A DNA stretch of 39,015 nucleotides from the IMG/VR virus record IMGVR_UViG_2740892269_000012, one strand, 5' to 3'. A program made the position numbers and the translations under genes. Position 1 is the stretch's first letter. Each line of letters starts with the position of its first letter. The notes under the pieces are model-generated. The model ran no database searches. It had not been told where the DNA came from and saw only the letters and a list, made by a program, of their open reading frames with translations. Source of the DNA: a virus. Its lineage: Duplodnaviria; Heunggongvirae; Uroviricota; Caudoviricetes. Shown in pieces: positions 1 to 9,795 of the stretch.

Positions 1-1236
1 CTACGATAACCGCGCATTCAACATGGCTACCTGTTCGTCGTTCATGTCATCAATCCACATACCGTAAATTTCATACACCATCTGCGCAGTTTCATGCCCC
101 ATCTGGCTGGCTATAAACGCCGGGTTCGCTCCTGCCGTCAACAGCCAGCAGGCAAAAGTATGCCGCGTATGGTACGGATTACGGCGGCGAATACCAGCAC
201 GTTTTACTGCTGCATTCCATCTCGCACCCAAACTGCTTACCGAGTAATAAGGTTTCTGTTTTCCGTTACACACTCTGGGCATGAAAACAAAATGCAGTTT
301 TTGCTTTTCGGTTCTGCCGTACTCCCGATGATAAAAAGTGATTTCGCTTTTGCGATGATGCCCGGTCAGTTTGTATTGCTCCTTCAGTGCTTCAAGAGCA
401 GGCTGCAGTAGTGTTACCGTCCGGATCCCCGCATTTGTTTTTGGGGGACCGAACATATCCAGTATCGTCAGGTTTCTTCTGACATTCACAACTCCCTTCT
501 CGAAATCCACATCCTCCCACGCCAGAGCAGCCAGTTCCCCGTGACGAAGCCCGGAGTATACGGCAAATTTCCACAAGTTCTGGCTCTGTCCTTTTTCACT
601 TTCCATTAATGCATTGAATTCTGTTTTAGATAACGGGTCAGGCTTTATTCTGTTTCTCTGTAATTTCTTTACTCCTTCAAATGGTTTGGTTGATATAAAT
701 CCCGACTGATACGCAAAACGTAACAACGAACAGAGCAGGGCGATATAGTTATCAACTGTGCGCACGGTTCTTCCTTTTTTGTTGGATCTTGGATTATCCA
801 GGTAAAGCGTTTCTCCATGCAGCAGTTCATTCCGGTAGTTTAAGATATCGCTATAACGAATATGCGATATCGGAGTACTCTCACAAATTATTATCCTGAG
901 TGTTTTTAATTGTGATTTCGTTTTCTTCATTGTGTTTGTTGTTAACTCTGTTTCTTTAATTTTTGTCCAGATATCACAAAGCTCCCCGAACGTTTTTATG
1001 ACCCTCGTTGTCACCATTTTTGCCCCAGTGCTGGACTGGGGAAAACGTCTTAAATACTCAAACTCACCGGAATTGATTTCATGAACTATCAACGCTCTTA
1101 AATTCCCGGCTTTTTTAATGTTACTGTTAGTAACCTCCCAGCCTTTCAATGTTTCCCGACATCGTTTTCCTCGAAACATGAACCAGATGCGAATGTATTT
1201 ACCTCGAATCTCGACACCTGTTGGTAATTTAGACAT
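1..1236 (-). CDS. intR: Tyrosine-family site-specific integrase (Rac IntR-like), 411 aa; window begins at its stop codon
   Basis: Full-length 411-aa ORF; translation (MSKLPTGVEIRGKYIRIWFMFRGKRCRETLKGWE... RHTFACW...) matches my recollection of K-12 Rac IntR nearly residue for residue; ATG at 1236 overlaps the upstream xis stop in typical xis-int arrangement. Confidence 0.93.
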   Translation of the reverse strand: MSKLPTGVEIRGKYIRIWFMFRGKRCRETLKGWEVTNSNIKKAGNLRALIVHEINSGEFEYLRRFPQSSTGAKMVTTRVIKTFGELCDIWTKIKETELTTNTMKKTKSQLKTLRIIICESTPISHIRYSDILNYRNELLHGETLYLDNPRSNKKGRTVRTVDNYIALLCSLLRFAYQSGFISTKPFEGVKKLQRNRIKPDPLSKTEFNALMESEKGQSQNLWKFAVYSGLRHGELAALAWEDVDFEKGVVNVRRNLTILDMFGPPKTNAGIRTVTLLQPALEALKEQYKLTGHHRKSEITFYHREYGRTEKQKLHFVFMPRVCNGKQKPYYSVSSLGARWNAAVKRAGIRRRNPYHTRHTFACWLLTAGANPAFIASQMGHETAQMVYEIYGMWIDDMNDEQVAMLNARLS

Positions 1237-1237
1237 A

Positions 1238-1453
1238 TCATGAGTCTTTGATAAACTGATTTATCTTTGGATAGTTATACCAGATAATCCCTCGCTTACT
1301 GTCTGGCTTCCCTAAAGGAGATACTCGTTTGAAGTGGAAGCCTTCCACCCAACAGTTCTGGCGGTATGCTTCAATTTGTCTGGCCCCCAGACCAGTGCGA
1401 AGCATCAGGCCGTATTCAACCATCCACTCTTCATTAAAGATTACTTGTGCCAT
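1238..1453 (-). CDS. ydaQ: Excisionase-like protein (YdaQ/Xis), 71 aa
   Basis: ORF 1238..1477; internal ATG at 1453 ([21 protein letters not shown]...) is preceded by a GAGGTG Shine-Dalgarno and gives the 71-aa length I recall for Rac YdaQ; sits immediately upstream of int. Confidence 0.8.
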   Translation of the reverse strand: MAQVIFNEEWMVEYGLMLRTGLGARQIEAYRQNCWVEGFHFKRVSPLGKPDSKRGIIWYNYPKINQFIKDS

Positions 1454-1552
1454 CGCATCACCTCTGGCAGGCGCCAATGTTAGACTTAAATTGACGCCCG
1501 ATGTTGATTATTAATAATCAGCTATGAAGTTTTAATTTGAATACAATGCAAT

Positions 1553-1741
1553 TCACGAGGACTGAAGTTTCTCGCAATTAAAATTTATCAGTTTTACTTT
1601 CTGCTCTCTGGAAACGCCTGCTTCTTTTTTACCTGAGAGCATTTTTTCGCATTCTGATTTCGTTAGTTTAGATTTTGAATATCTTGTCCAGTTAGTAGGA
1701 GTGCCACCTTCCTTTTCAATAGTGGCGGTAATTTTATACAT
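1553..1741 (-). CDS. ydaC: Small hypothetical protein at the Rac ydaC position, about 62 aa
   Basis: ORF 1553..1813; ATG at 1741 (MYKITATIEKEGG...) has a GGAGGTG SD 5 nt upstream and overlaps the ralR stop; position between ydaQ and ralR as in Rac. Confidence 0.55.
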   Translation of the reverse strand: MYKITATIEKEGGTPTNWTRYSKSKLTKSECEKMLSGKKEAGVSREQKVKLINFNCEKLQSS

Positions 1742-1928
1742 GAACACCTCCATTATTATTTCCAGTGGTTCGTTTATTTCATCGTTCGAGTGCTTCTTTT
1801 TCACTTCCACCATAACCGGTTCGGGATTCGCATCCGTTACACTTCGCTCGGTAATATCCTGAAATGGCTTTCACCGTTACTGATGGACAACCACAAAATG
1901 GACATGGTTTAACATTGTCATATCTCAT
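1734..1928 (-). pseudogene. ralR: ralR (type I toxin, DNase) reading frame interrupted by an in-frame TGA at codon 50
   Basis: Minus-strand translation from ATG 1928 gives MRYDNVKPCPFCGCPSVTVKAISGYYRAKCNGCESRTGYGGSEKEALER, then TGA (complement of 1779-1781), then in-frame NKRTTGNNNGGVHV and TAA at 1734-1736; total 64 codons matches RalR as I recall it, with TGG (Trp) expected at the stop position. Confidence 0.6.
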
Positions 1929-1983
1929 AATTTTTCTCATAAAAATATTTCAAGTTGGCGGTGCATTACACCGCCAGGCTGAA

Positions 1984-2793
1984 TTATTCCTCTGAATTAT
2001 CGATTACACTGTATTCCCCGGTTAATACAGAGGAATCTGCAGGATCGATTGTCAGTGGTTCCTTTTCATCCATTGATACTGCACGCTGGATCTCAATTGA
2101 TACGGGCAGATATTTGAACAGGCGACGAATAGCCGTTTTCTTTGCCATTTCTTCCCAGTGAGTTACCCACGGCCCGTTATTACCAGCTTTACTCTGGCTG
2201 CGCACCAGCTCAATCTGTTTGCGCGTCATAACTTCAAACTGAGTACCTCCGTCTTTCAGTCTTGCGACAGCATAGACGTGGGTAACAGGGGCATCTTCGT
2301 TTTCTCCTGGGCGGTGTATTAACTTTTCATCAAGGCCAAATTCGAAATTAAACTCGTCACCTTCACGGACAACACGGGCTGACAGGCTGGCGATTTGACC
2401 TGAACGGCGAGCCAGATCAATCATGCCGCGATAGCCAATGATTAGCTGAACGTTTTTTTTACCGCTCTTTTCGTTTTTATTACCAAAAGGCAGTAAATAT
2501 GCATGACCGAGGGCGCTACCGGGCTCAAGTCCGAGCTGTGAACACTGTACGATTGCACTGACAAAACTCATAGTGTCACAGTTTCCTAACGCCGGAACTT
2601 TACGAATTTCTGTGGTGGCGATACGGATCATACGTTCAGCCGTCATATGGCGTGGAAGAGCTGCTGCCAGTTGCTCTTTCATTGATGGCTGGTTAATAAA
2701 ACTAATCACGTCGTTATTTTTAATTGCTGCTGGTGCACGGTTTCCCTGAGTTTTTTGCAGATCGGCTTTTGCGATTGGTGGTTGCTTAGTCAT
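1984..2793 (-). CDS. recT: RecT single-strand annealing recombinase, 269 aa
   Basis: ORF 1984..2850; ATG at 2793 gives [16 protein letters not shown]..., the RecT N-terminus, and 269 aa; overlaps the recE 3' end by 8 nt. Confidence 0.93.
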   Translation of the reverse strand: MTKQPPIAKADLQKTQGNRAPAAIKNNDVISFINQPSMKEQLAAALPRHMTAERMIRIATTEIRKVPALGNCDTMSFVSAIVQCSQLGLEPGSALGHAYLLPFGNKNEKSGKKNVQLIIGYRGMIDLARRSGQIASLSARVVREGDEFNFEFGLDEKLIHRPGENEDAPVTHVYAVARLKDGGTQFEVMTRKQIELVRSQSKAGNNGPWVTHWEEMAKKTAIRRLFKYLPVSIEIQRAVSMDEKEPLTIDPADSSVLTGEYSVIDNSEE

Positions 2794-5386
2794 TTGCATA
2801 TTCCTTAGCCCAGCGGGGCAGTGATAACGTCTTAATAGCTGGCCATTCATCGGTATTGAGGCAGTCAGCCAGGGTTCGCAGATTGCGGTGATATTCCAGC
2901 TGACCTGCCAGTTTTGCTTCTTCGCCCATCATGAAAATTTCAACCGGATAACGTCCGCATTCAATAGTTGTGCTGGCAACCAGAAAAACGAAAGTTGGCT
3001 GCACTCCAAACTGTGCTTCATAACCGTCACTGTAGAATGCATCCTGAACGTGATAGCGGTAGTCGTAATAAGCGGTTTTGAATCGTTGAATATCCGCCGT
3101 AGTTTTCACGTCCATGATCCAGTGAAATTCAGGGATAATTTTGTCCGGACGGCACCGACACAAAATTGCTGTTTCAGGATCTTCCCAGTAAATTGATGAT
3201 TCAGCGTGTCCGGCGCTTTCAACAAGCCATTGCCCCAGCGGCAAAGCCATAACGCTCTGATACATGAGTTCAATTTTCCGGCCTTCTTCGGCAGTGATAA
3301 CCGTTTTTCCTGTGCTTGCGCATTCCCTCAGAAACGCTTTCTCTTCTTCTTTTCCGGAGTTTGTCCGGCGGTTAAATTCAGGTGCTACGATAAAGCGGTT
3401 ACTGAATTCTTCCGGCTCAAGTACCCGGCAGTGGAAAGCGGTTCCTAAATCGAGCGTTTTTGTCTTTGTGGTGTCCACGGGGGCATTTTTACGCCACAAA
3501 TACAGTGCCGGAGTATCAGCAATGTCATCGAGCTGAGACTTACTGACACCGGGACCCGCGTGGTAATTCTCATTCGAAATTCCGTAATAAATACCTGGCT
3601 CTATGTCTTCTACGATTACGGGATCTGCGACTTCGCCAGTTTCATCACTGCAATCGCGATGCGGATCGCTGCCAGCATTCTCATTGTGCGGATGTTCAGC
3701 GCCTTCCATTTCCTCCGGATCATTTTCCTTAGCTTCAACCTGACTCTCTTCATCGAATGTTTCCTGGTATGTTGCGTCGCCCATCACCGCACCACAGTCA
3801 GGGCAGTTATCCCCGCCAGTCTGGCCGCAGGCATTGCAGGCTATTTCCGGTTCCTGTTGCACTACTGGCTCAGGTTGATTCATATCCGGGCTGGTTTTTT
3901 CCGTTTCTGGCTGGTTCTGGTACACACAATCGCGAGTCTGGATCCCCTTTACCCATTTCGGATCGTTCGGGTCGCTAATTCCGTCAACAAATTCACCACG
4001 TGATGCAGCAAGCAATTTATCGGCATCGACAGGATTTTTTGATGGAATGTTTTTCCGGGCTTCATGGAGTTCTGCCCGCAGTTCCTGATATTTCGCATCA
4101 ACAGAATTTACCTGTGACTGAGCATCCAGCGGCTGCGTGTCCTGATGATGTTCAGTTGCGTCCGGTTCCATTGTTTCAGCCTCTCCCTGTTCAACTGCCG
4201 TTGTTCCAGATGGTTGCGGTTTTTCTTCATCATCCTGTTTTCCTTCTTCTGTTACTCGCTGCGGCATCGGGGCAGAGGAGCGACCGCAGGCAATATCCAC
4301 GATTTCCGGATCAGGGTTGGCATGATCGGTTTCAGTCAGTACTTTGTTCAGATATTCAGTGACGTGCGCGGGGATGACCTCGATCCCAATTGGTGCTTCT
4401 TTTACGGACGCAACCACGATGGCGCGGGAATAATCCAGCCCGCCAGGCATGGTGATGAATTTGTCGCGGAAAACAGAAAAGGGCGGTTTATTTTCAGCGA
4501 TAATTTCCTCAATGCGTTTAGCGTGTGCCGGATGAAGGTTATAGATGTCCAGATCCATTGAACGGGCCAGTACGCCAGTGGCTACGTCCCGCGCCAGTGA
4601 CGTCAGATCGTGTACGAAACCTTCGCCGCGATCGGTGAGGTTTCCGCCGCCAGCATTAGCACCGGAAGCCGTGCGAGTGATGTGTGAAACACGATTACCC
4701 TTCATCCACTCTTTTGTCAGCAGTCCTCGATCGGTGTAGTCAGCGTTCAGGTATGCTTCGAAAAAAGCAGTTATCAGTCCCAGGTTTGAATTACCAGGAT
4801 TAGGGAAAACTTTGTCAGTGTCACGAACCAGTTTGTGGAGTTCGCGAATTTCCAGCGGGTCGAGCAGGCTGGTTTTGTGGGAAACAGCCAGGGCAGTAAC
4901 AGCCGGTAGTTCTTCAGCCCGAGCAATGTGTAATGCCTGGAGTCCGTCGCGTGAAACGTGCGTTACCGGTTTTTCGCTGCCGTGTTGAGCAAGCCAACGA
5001 ATGGGCAGTTCCTGGCCAGAAATTGGGAGTAGCATATTCTCCTCAATCTCAGTCATGTCTTCGCCGTTGACGTTGGTATTGCCTTGATAGTGAGCGTTGT
5101 CTGGTGCTGCTCCCGGTTTTAGTTCCCATGTCATGGAGTCTTTGCTGAGTTGATAGCGTTCACTCCAGGTAAAATCGATCTCACCTTCAGCGGGCAGGTC
5201 ATTAACGACAGGAAAATTCGTGGCAACAGCTTTAAAATAGCTGCTCAGTTTTTTACCTGACTTAACGATCAGGTAGTCCAGAGTGGCACAGGTCGATTCA
5301 AAATCGTTGCTTGCCCACAGGACGACGTCAGGTTCACCGGATGATTTTTTCGCTTTCCGTAACAGGAAGAGTGGTTTTGTGCTCAT
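2786..5386 (-). CDS. recE: RecE exonuclease VIII, 866 aa
   Basis: 866-aa ORF with acidic central region and C-terminal nuclease domain; length and sequence fit K-12 RecE; immediately upstream of recT. Confidence 0.93.
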   Translation of the reverse strand: MSTKPLFLLRKAKKSSGEPDVVLWASNDFESTCATLDYLIVKSGKKLSSYFKAVATNFPVVNDLPAEGEIDFTWSERYQLSKDSMTWELKPGAAPDNAHYQGNTNVNGEDMTEIEENMLLPISGQELPIRWLAQHGSEKPVTHVSRDGLQALHIARAEELPAVTALAVSHKTSLLDPLEIRELHKLVRDTDKVFPNPGNSNLGLITAFFEAYLNADYTDRGLLTKEWMKGNRVSHITRTASGANAGGGNLTDRGEGFVHDLTSLARDVATGVLARSMDLDIYNLHPAHAKRIEEIIAENKPPFSVFRDKFITMPGGLDYSRAIVVASVKEAPIGIEVIPAHVTEYLNKVLTETDHANPDPEIVDIACGRSSAPMPQRVTEEGKQDDEEKPQPSGTTAVEQGEAETMEPDATEHHQDTQPLDAQSQVNSVDAKYQELRAELHEARKNIPSKNPVDADKLLAASRGEFVDGISDPNDPKWVKGIQTRDCVYQNQPETEKTSPDMNQPEPVVQQEPEIACNACGQTGGDNCPDCGAVMGDATYQETFDEESQVEAKENDPEEMEGAEHPHNENAGSDPHRDCSDETGEVADPVIVEDIEPGIYYGISNENYHAGPGVSKSQLDDIADTPALYLWRKNAPVDTTKTKTLDLGTAFHCRVLEPEEFSNRFIVAPEFNRRTNSGKEEEKAFLRECASTGKTVITAEEGRKIELMYQSVMALPLGQWLVESAGHAESSIYWEDPETAILCRCRPDKIIPEFHWIMDVKTTADIQRFKTAYYDYRYHVQDAFYSDGYEAQFGVQPTFVFLVASTTIECGRYPVEIFMMGEEAKLAGQLEYHRNLRTLADCLNTDEWPAIKTLSLPRWAKEYAND

Positions 5387-5457
5387 TGTTTTTTAACCTC
5401 AACTCAGATTAAAATTCGTTTTGTTCAGTGAATGATCTTGCCGGATACACACTGTTC

Positions 5458-5482
5458 ATAGCCTGCGCCATACGCAGGCTAT
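5458..5482. other. Perfect 10-bp inverted repeat (atagcctgcg / cgcaggctat, 5-nt loop) in the racC-recE intergenic region
   Basis: Read directly from sequence; followed on the plus strand by TTCTTTC, but flanking genes are on the minus strand, so function is unclear (RNA structure or processing site). Confidence 0.3.
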
Positions 5483-5487
5483 TTCTT

Positions 5488-5763
5488 TCAGATTTCACCT
5501 TTTAATTTCATTGCAATTAGAGTTGCCAGAAATTCGGCTTTTTTTTCTGCGGGCAGATTCTTTCCGATATGCACCAGGCACATTTTTTTGACACCTTCAT
5601 CAAGTGTTTTTACGTTGCCTGATGGACCATCGATATCAACCACAGTGAATGGGGTTTCTTTATTTTCTGTTTTAATTACGTAGCCAATGCGCTTTCCTTC
5701 CAGATTCACCTCGTGAACAATGTCATCGGTAGTTACAACAGTGGCTTCATAATTGGTAATCAT
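5488..5763 (-). CDS. racC: RacC, 91 aa
   Basis: ORF 5488..5811; ATG at 5763 (MITNYEATVVTTDDIVHEVNLEG...) with AAGGAG SD; matches my recollection of Rac RacC. Confidence 0.82.
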   Translation of the reverse strand: MITNYEATVVTTDDIVHEVNLEGKRIGYVIKTENKETPFTVVDIDGPSGNVKTLDEGVKKMCLVHIGKNLPAEKKAEFLATLIAMKLKGEI

Positions 5764-5837
5764 GTTTTTCTCCTTAATTAAGGTTGAGCGAATACCTGCC
5801 ATTTCTGGCATAAATTCAGTTTCGAATAGTCAATTAA

Positions 5838-6008
5838 TTAAAGTTCATGTGCCATCTGGTCTTTTTCGGCACAAGCTTCACTGCAATATTTTCTCGGTTC
5901 GTCTTTTGATAAAATCCCGTGCATGAAGTGAAGCATTCTTTCAATAGCTTTGCTTTCTTCAACGTCTTTTTTGCAAAGGTGGTAAGCACATTTTATTTTC
6001 TTAGTCAT
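5838..6008 (-). CDS. ydaE: YdaE, small Cys-containing protein, 56 aa (below ORF-track cutoff)
   Basis: Hand-translated: [56 protein letters not shown]; start ATG shares one base with the kilR TGA stop (ATGA overlap). Confidence 0.75.
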   Translation of the reverse strand: MTKKIKCAYHLCKKDVEESKAIERMLHFMHGILSKDEPRKYCSEACAEKDQMAHEL

Positions 6009-6229
6009 CACCATGACTCCGCCTTTACAGGTAAACCATCACGACCGAGGAAGACTTTAATCATGCGGTCAGTAATGCATGTTTTTGTGGTCAGGTTACG
6101 AATATATAGTTTTCGCTTTTTAATATTGTTTGCCGAGGCAATATATGTCCGGCCTTCATGAAGAACATAATCGCCAGGAGTCACACACTGACGTGGTATT
6201 TCATCAGTTCCGAAGTGATGTGCAATCAT
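6008..6229 (-). CDS. kilR: KilR cell-division inhibitor (FtsZ inhibitor), 73 aa
   Basis: ORF 6008..6241; ATG at 6229 ([26 protein letters not shown]...) preceded by GGAGA SD; matches recollected KilR. Confidence 0.85.
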   Translation of the reverse strand: MIAHHFGTDEIPRQCVTPGDYVLHEGRTYIASANNIKKRKLYIRNLTTKTCITDRMIKVFLGRDGLPVKAESW

Positions 6230-6670
6230 AATTATCTCCATTTTTACAAATGAACTTTGTTGATGCGGTGCCTGGTGCCTCCAGGTGACTGCAACCAGTT
6301 AACAATTACAGTCGGCTTTCCCACCCAAACCAATAAGGACTAACATGACTTTTAACTGTGCCACGTGCGCTTAGCCGCATTCACCGCATCACAAAATTCA
6401 CTTTAAAAAGGGCGGACATCAGCCGAACTTCAAGAAAAAAACTGATGCCGCCAGGACTACACACAGCAATGTCGTTATTTACAACCGGAGGCGCACTCCC
6501 ACCATTTAAATTTAACAGACAAGACCGACTCTTTATGGATATCGGAAATGCGCCTTCGTGTTGTGCCCGGTTTTATTTCACCACCTCCGGGCTTCGGTGG
6601 TCTCGGCTATACCCCTACAGCGAGAGCTTGTGTTAACATTTCAATACCCTTACAGTTGAGAGTTATTGAT

Positions 6671-7159
6671 ATGTTGGATGTATTTACTCCATTGTTGAAA
6701 CTTTTTGCTAACGAGCCACTCGAAATACTTATGTATACGATTATCATTTTTGGTCTCACTCTCTGGCTGATACCGAAAGAGTTTACTGTCGCATTCAATG
6801 CTTATACTGAAATACCTTGGCTCTTTCAGATTATCGTTTTTGCCTTTTCTTTCGTGGTCGCCATTTCCTTCTCAAGATTGCGAGCACATATTCAAAAGCA
6901 TTATTCATTACTACCAGAGCAACGAGTATTGCTTCGTTTATCTGAGAAAGAAATCGCTGTATTTAAAGATTTCCTTAAAACAGGAAATCTTATTATCACT
7001 TCTCCTTGCCGTAACCCGGTTATGAAAAAATTAGAACGGAAGGGCATCATTCAACATCAGAGTGATAGCGCAAACTGTTCTTATTATCTCGTCACCGAAA
7101 AATACTCCCATTTTATGAAGTTATTCTGGAACAGCAGGAGTAGACGTTTTAATCGTTAG
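6671..7159 (+). CDS. sieB: SieB superinfection exclusion protein B, 162 aa, membrane protein
   Basis: ATG at 6671 within ORF 6548..7159; MLDVFTPLLKLFANEPLEILMYTIIIFGLTLWLIPKEF... with two hydrophobic helices; matches recollected Rac SieB. Confidence 0.85.
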   Translation: MLDVFTPLLKLFANEPLEILMYTIIIFGLTLWLIPKEFTVAFNAYTEIPWLFQIIVFAFSFVVAISFSRLRAHIQKHYSLLPEQRVLLRLSEKEIAVFKDFLKTGNLIITSPCRNPVMKKLERKGIIQHQSDSANCSYYLVTEKYSHFMKLFWNSRSRRFNR

Positions 7160-7311
7160 CTTACTGTGTGCTTCTCCAACCATCGGCGCGCACCAGTTTC
7201 GGTTTTAAATGTTTTGCTTTTGGTATACGTCATGGCAGTGAACGTTCCATCCTGGTTGGGGAACACGCCGCACACCAGGGATTCGTTGTTGCCGAGGTCG
7301 ATTTTTTGCAT
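7156..7311 (-). CDS. ydaF: YdaF, 51 aa (below ORF-track cutoff)
   Basis: Hand-translated MQKIDLGNNESLVCGVFPNQDGTFTAMTYTKSKTFKTETGARRWLEKHTVS; convergent with sieB, 4-nt overlap. Confidence 0.7.
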   Translation of the reverse strand: MQKIDLGNNESLVCGVFPNQDGTFTAMTYTKSKTFKTETGARRWLEKHTVS

Positions 7312-7321
7312 TTTGCGAATC

Positions 7322-7456
7322 TCACATCTTGTTGCTGTGTATAGCGACTTCTGCCTGCCAGAGATCCCAGTCGTTGCTGCGTAAAGCCTGCACAGCCTGG
7401 TTGTAAGTGATACCGCAACAATCCATCAAATACTGAACTACTTCGTAATGCACCAT
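7322..7456 (-). CDS. ydaG: YdaG, 44 aa
   Basis: ATG at 7456 inside ORF 7322..7504 (MVHYEVVQYLMDCCGITYNQAVQALRSNDWDLWQAEVAIHSNKM) with AAGGGGAGAG SD. Confidence 0.7.
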   Translation of the reverse strand: MVHYEVVQYLMDCCGITYNQAVQALRSNDWDLWQAEVAIHSNKM

Positions 7457-7628
7457 CTTATCTCTCCCCTTAACGCCGGGTGGCGGAACTGAAACCTGCT
7501 GCACTGCAAAATCTGAACCCTGCCGTCATGTTCATACGCCTCGGGCTGGCTACTTAACCCCTGACCACTGCCTGGTAACTCGAAGTATTGCCCTGCGTTC
7601 TGTGGGGCGGGGTGGGTTGGTAGGTATA

Positions 7629-7672
7629 TAATGTACTTTGTGTTCATTGATGTAAAGTACTATAAGTACATT
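7629..7672. promoter_or_regulatory. Putative left operator/promoter (OL/PL-like): inverted ATGTACTT / AAGTACAT repeats flanking a central AGTACT palindrome
   Basis: ATGTACTT at 7631-7638 and its exact reverse complement AAGTACAT at 7664-7671; AGTACT at 7656-7661; lies just beyond the 3' end of the repressor gene at the head of the leftward early operon; the same 7-mer recurs in the repressor/cro intergenic region. Confidence 0.4.
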
Positions 7673-7746
7673 TTGTGTGTAAAAAAATGAGATGGGATAA
7701 AGTGAAGCACAAACCCGGAGGGGGACGCTACCGGATTTATGCTGGT

Positions 7747-8166
7747 TTAAGAGGCTTTTTGTTTTTTCTTTCGTGCTAGCTCTTCGTAAATTGCATTGTA
7801 CTTCTGTTTTTTCTCCTCAAGAGTTTTTAAAAGTTCATCTGTCTCACTGTCAGGGAGCTCGTCCAGAAGGTCAATGATGATTTTTTGTCTTGGATTTAAC
7901 TCCTGATAGAAACGTACCTGTCCACTTTCTTCTGTATCCTCTCCCAAAAGATAGGTTGGTGTTGTTCCAATGAGTGTTGCTAATTCCCTTAATTTCTCTC
8001 GGCGAGGAATTGTTTCGCCATTAAACCATTTGCTAACCGCTTTTGGTGTTAATTTCATTCGACGGGCAATTTCTGCCTGCCTTCCATGTTGTTCATAACC
8101 AGCGTTTTCACAGGCTAGCGCAAGCCTACTGGCGAACTCTTTACGCGCTTTATCTTCATGAACCAT
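7747..8166 (-). CDS. CI-like prophage repressor (XRE-family HTH) at the racR position; alternative GTG start at 8184
   Basis: ORF 7747..8184; HTH segment QAEIARRMKLTPKAVSKWFNGETIP; divergent from a Cro-like gene; ATG at 8166 (MVHEDKARKEF...). I could not confirm identity to K-12 RacR, so no symbol is given. Confidence 0.72.
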   Translation of the reverse strand: MVHEDKARKEFASRLALACENAGYEQHGRQAEIARRMKLTPKAVSKWFNGETIPRREKLRELATLIGTTPTYLLGEDTEESGQVRFYQELNPRQKIIIDLLDELPDSETDELLKTLEEKKQKYNAIYEELARKKKQKAS

Positions 8167-8184
8167 AAGTTCAATGATATTCAC

Positions 8185-8245
8185 TCTTGAATGTACTGTC
8201 AGTTCTGTTATAGCATGTACTCAAAGTTCACATTGTGAGGGTGAT
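8185..8245. promoter_or_regulatory. Putative right operator region (OR, PRM/PR-like) between divergent repressor and cro-like genes
   Basis: Two direct copies of ATGTACT (8191-8197 and 8215-8221) in a 61-bp divergent intergenic region; same motif as the OL-like site. Confidence 0.45.
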
Positions 8246-8500
8246 ATGAACCAGAAAACACTTGAAGATGTAATCAAAACTGTTCGCGTTTCTGTTGTGG
8301 CCGACGTTTGTGGTGTCAGCCAAAGAGCAATCTACAAATGGATGGATAACGGAAAATTGCCTCGCACAGAATATACCGGCGAAACAAATTACGCTGAAAA
8401 AATCGCTCATGCATCAAACGGATTATTTTCTGCTGATGTAATTTTAACTATTGGCAGAAATAAAACTACTACGAAAAAGCTGATGGGAGTTGATTCATGA
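8246..8500 (+). CDS. Cro-like small HTH DNA-binding protein (ydaS position), 84 aa
   Basis: ATG at 8246 with GAGGGTG SD; HTH-like segment VADVCGVSQRAIYKWMDNGKLP; divergent from the repressor; stop overlaps ydaT start (ATGA). Sequence differs from the K-12 YdaS I recall. Confidence 0.7.
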   Translation: MNQKTLEDVIKTVRVSVVADVCGVSQRAIYKWMDNGKLPRTEYTGETNYAEKIAHASNGLFSADVILTIGRNKTTTKKLMGVDS

Positions 8501-8919
8501 AAATCAAGCATGAGCACATCGAGTCAGTGTTGTTAGCCCTGGCAGCCGAAAAAGGGCAGGCATGGGTAGCCAATGCCATTACTGAAGAATATCTGCGCCA
8601 GGGGGGCGGCGAATTGCCCCTGGTACCAGGCAAGGACTGGAATAATCAGCAGAATATCTATCACCGTTGGTTGAAAGGTGAAACGAAAACGCAAAGAGAA
8701 AAAATTCAGAAGCTGATCCCAGCAATTCTGGCAATCCTTCCGCGCGAGCTGCGTCACCGACTCTGCATCTTCGATACCCTGGAACGCCGTGCATTACTGG
8801 CGGCGCAGGAAGCGTTAAGTACGGCAATTGATGCGCATGATGATGCAGTCCAAGCCGTTTACCGGAAAGCGCATTTCAGCGGCGGCGGGTCTTCCGACGA
8901 TTCTGTCATTGTTCATTAA
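8497..8919 (+). CDS. ydaT: YdaT (CII-like regulator/toxin of the Rac immunity region), 140 aa
   Basis: MKIKHEHIESVLLALAAEKGQAWVANAITEEYLRQGGGELPLVPGKDWNNQQ... matches my recollection of Rac YdaT; follows the cro-like gene. Confidence 0.8.
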   Translation: MKIKHEHIESVLLALAAEKGQAWVANAITEEYLRQGGGELPLVPGKDWNNQQNIYHRWLKGETKTQREKIQKLIPAILAILPRELRHRLCIFDTLERRALLAAQEALSTAIDAHDDAVQAVYRKAHFSGGGSSDDSVIVH

Positions 8920-8931
8920 GCAAAAGTTTCC

Positions 8932-9789
8932 ATGCTGTTTGTGCTTATTCTAAGCCACCGGGCAGCATCATACGGGGCAATTATGGCCGCATTACCATAC
9001 ATGCAACTGTACATAGCTGATTACCTGGCTGACACCATGCATTTGTCAGCAGAGGAGCATGGTGCGTATTTGTTGCTGATGTTCAATTACTGGCAAACAG
9101 GAAAGCCAATACCTAAAAACAGGCTGGCAAAAATTGCCCGTCTGACTAACGAGCGATGGGCTGATGTTGAACCATCCTTGCAGGAGTTTTTTTGCGATAA
9201 CGGCGAGGAATGGGTGCATCTTCGGATTGAGGAAGATCTGGCATCAGTCAGGGAAAAATTAACCAAAAAATCAGCCGCAGGAAAAGCATCTGTTCAGGCC
9301 AGAAGAAGCAGAAAGGAAGCAGATGTTCAAACAAAACAAGAGAGAAATTTAACAGGTGTTCAAACAGATGTTGAAGTGGTGTTTGAACATGATGTCAACA
9401 CAAAGGCAACTAATAAAGATACAGATAAAGATCTAAAAACAGATCCCCCCCTAAATCCCCCCCGGGGGAATCGAGGTGTCAAAAAGTTTGACCCTCTGGA
9501 TATTGCTTTGCCGAACTGGATTTCTGTCTCGCTTTGGCGTGAGTGGGTTGAATTTCGCCAGGCATTGCGAAAACCGATTCGAACGGAGCAGGGCGCTAAC
9601 GGGGCGATACGGGAGCTGGAAAAATTCCGCCAGCAGGGTTTTTCACCTGAGCAGGTGATTCGACACAGCATCGCCAATGAATACCAGGGCTTGTTCGCGC
9701 CGAAAGGTGTTCGACCTGAGACGTTACTCCGACAGGTTAACACCGTCTCGTTACCGGATAGTGCGATCCCGCCAGGCTTCAGGGGGTAA
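8932..9789 (+). CDS. ydaU: YdaU (DUF1376) replication-associated protein, 285 aa
   Basis: 285-aa ORF, same length as Rac YdaU; positioned as the replication initiator partner of the DnaC-like gene. Confidence 0.78.
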   Translation: MLFVLILSHRAASYGAIMAALPYMQLYIADYLADTMHLSAEEHGAYLLLMFNYWQTGKPIPKNRLAKIARLTNERWADVEPSLQEFFCDNGEEWVHLRIEEDLASVREKLTKKSAAGKASVQARRSRKEADVQTKQERNLTGVQTDVEVVFEHDVNTKATNKDTDKDLKTDPPLNPPRGNRGVKKFDPLDIALPNWISVSLWREWVEFRQALRKPIRTEQGANGAIRELEKFRQQGFSPEQVIRHSIANEYQGLFAPKGVRPETLLRQVNTVSLPDSAIPPGFRG

Positions 9790-9795
9790 CTGACC

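Noticed and set aside
2888-5386. Multiple plus-strand ORFs (60-147 aa) across the recE region
   Set aside because: All are antisense to the well-supported 866-aa recE ORF, lack ribosome-binding sites and have low-complexity translations; chance ORFs.
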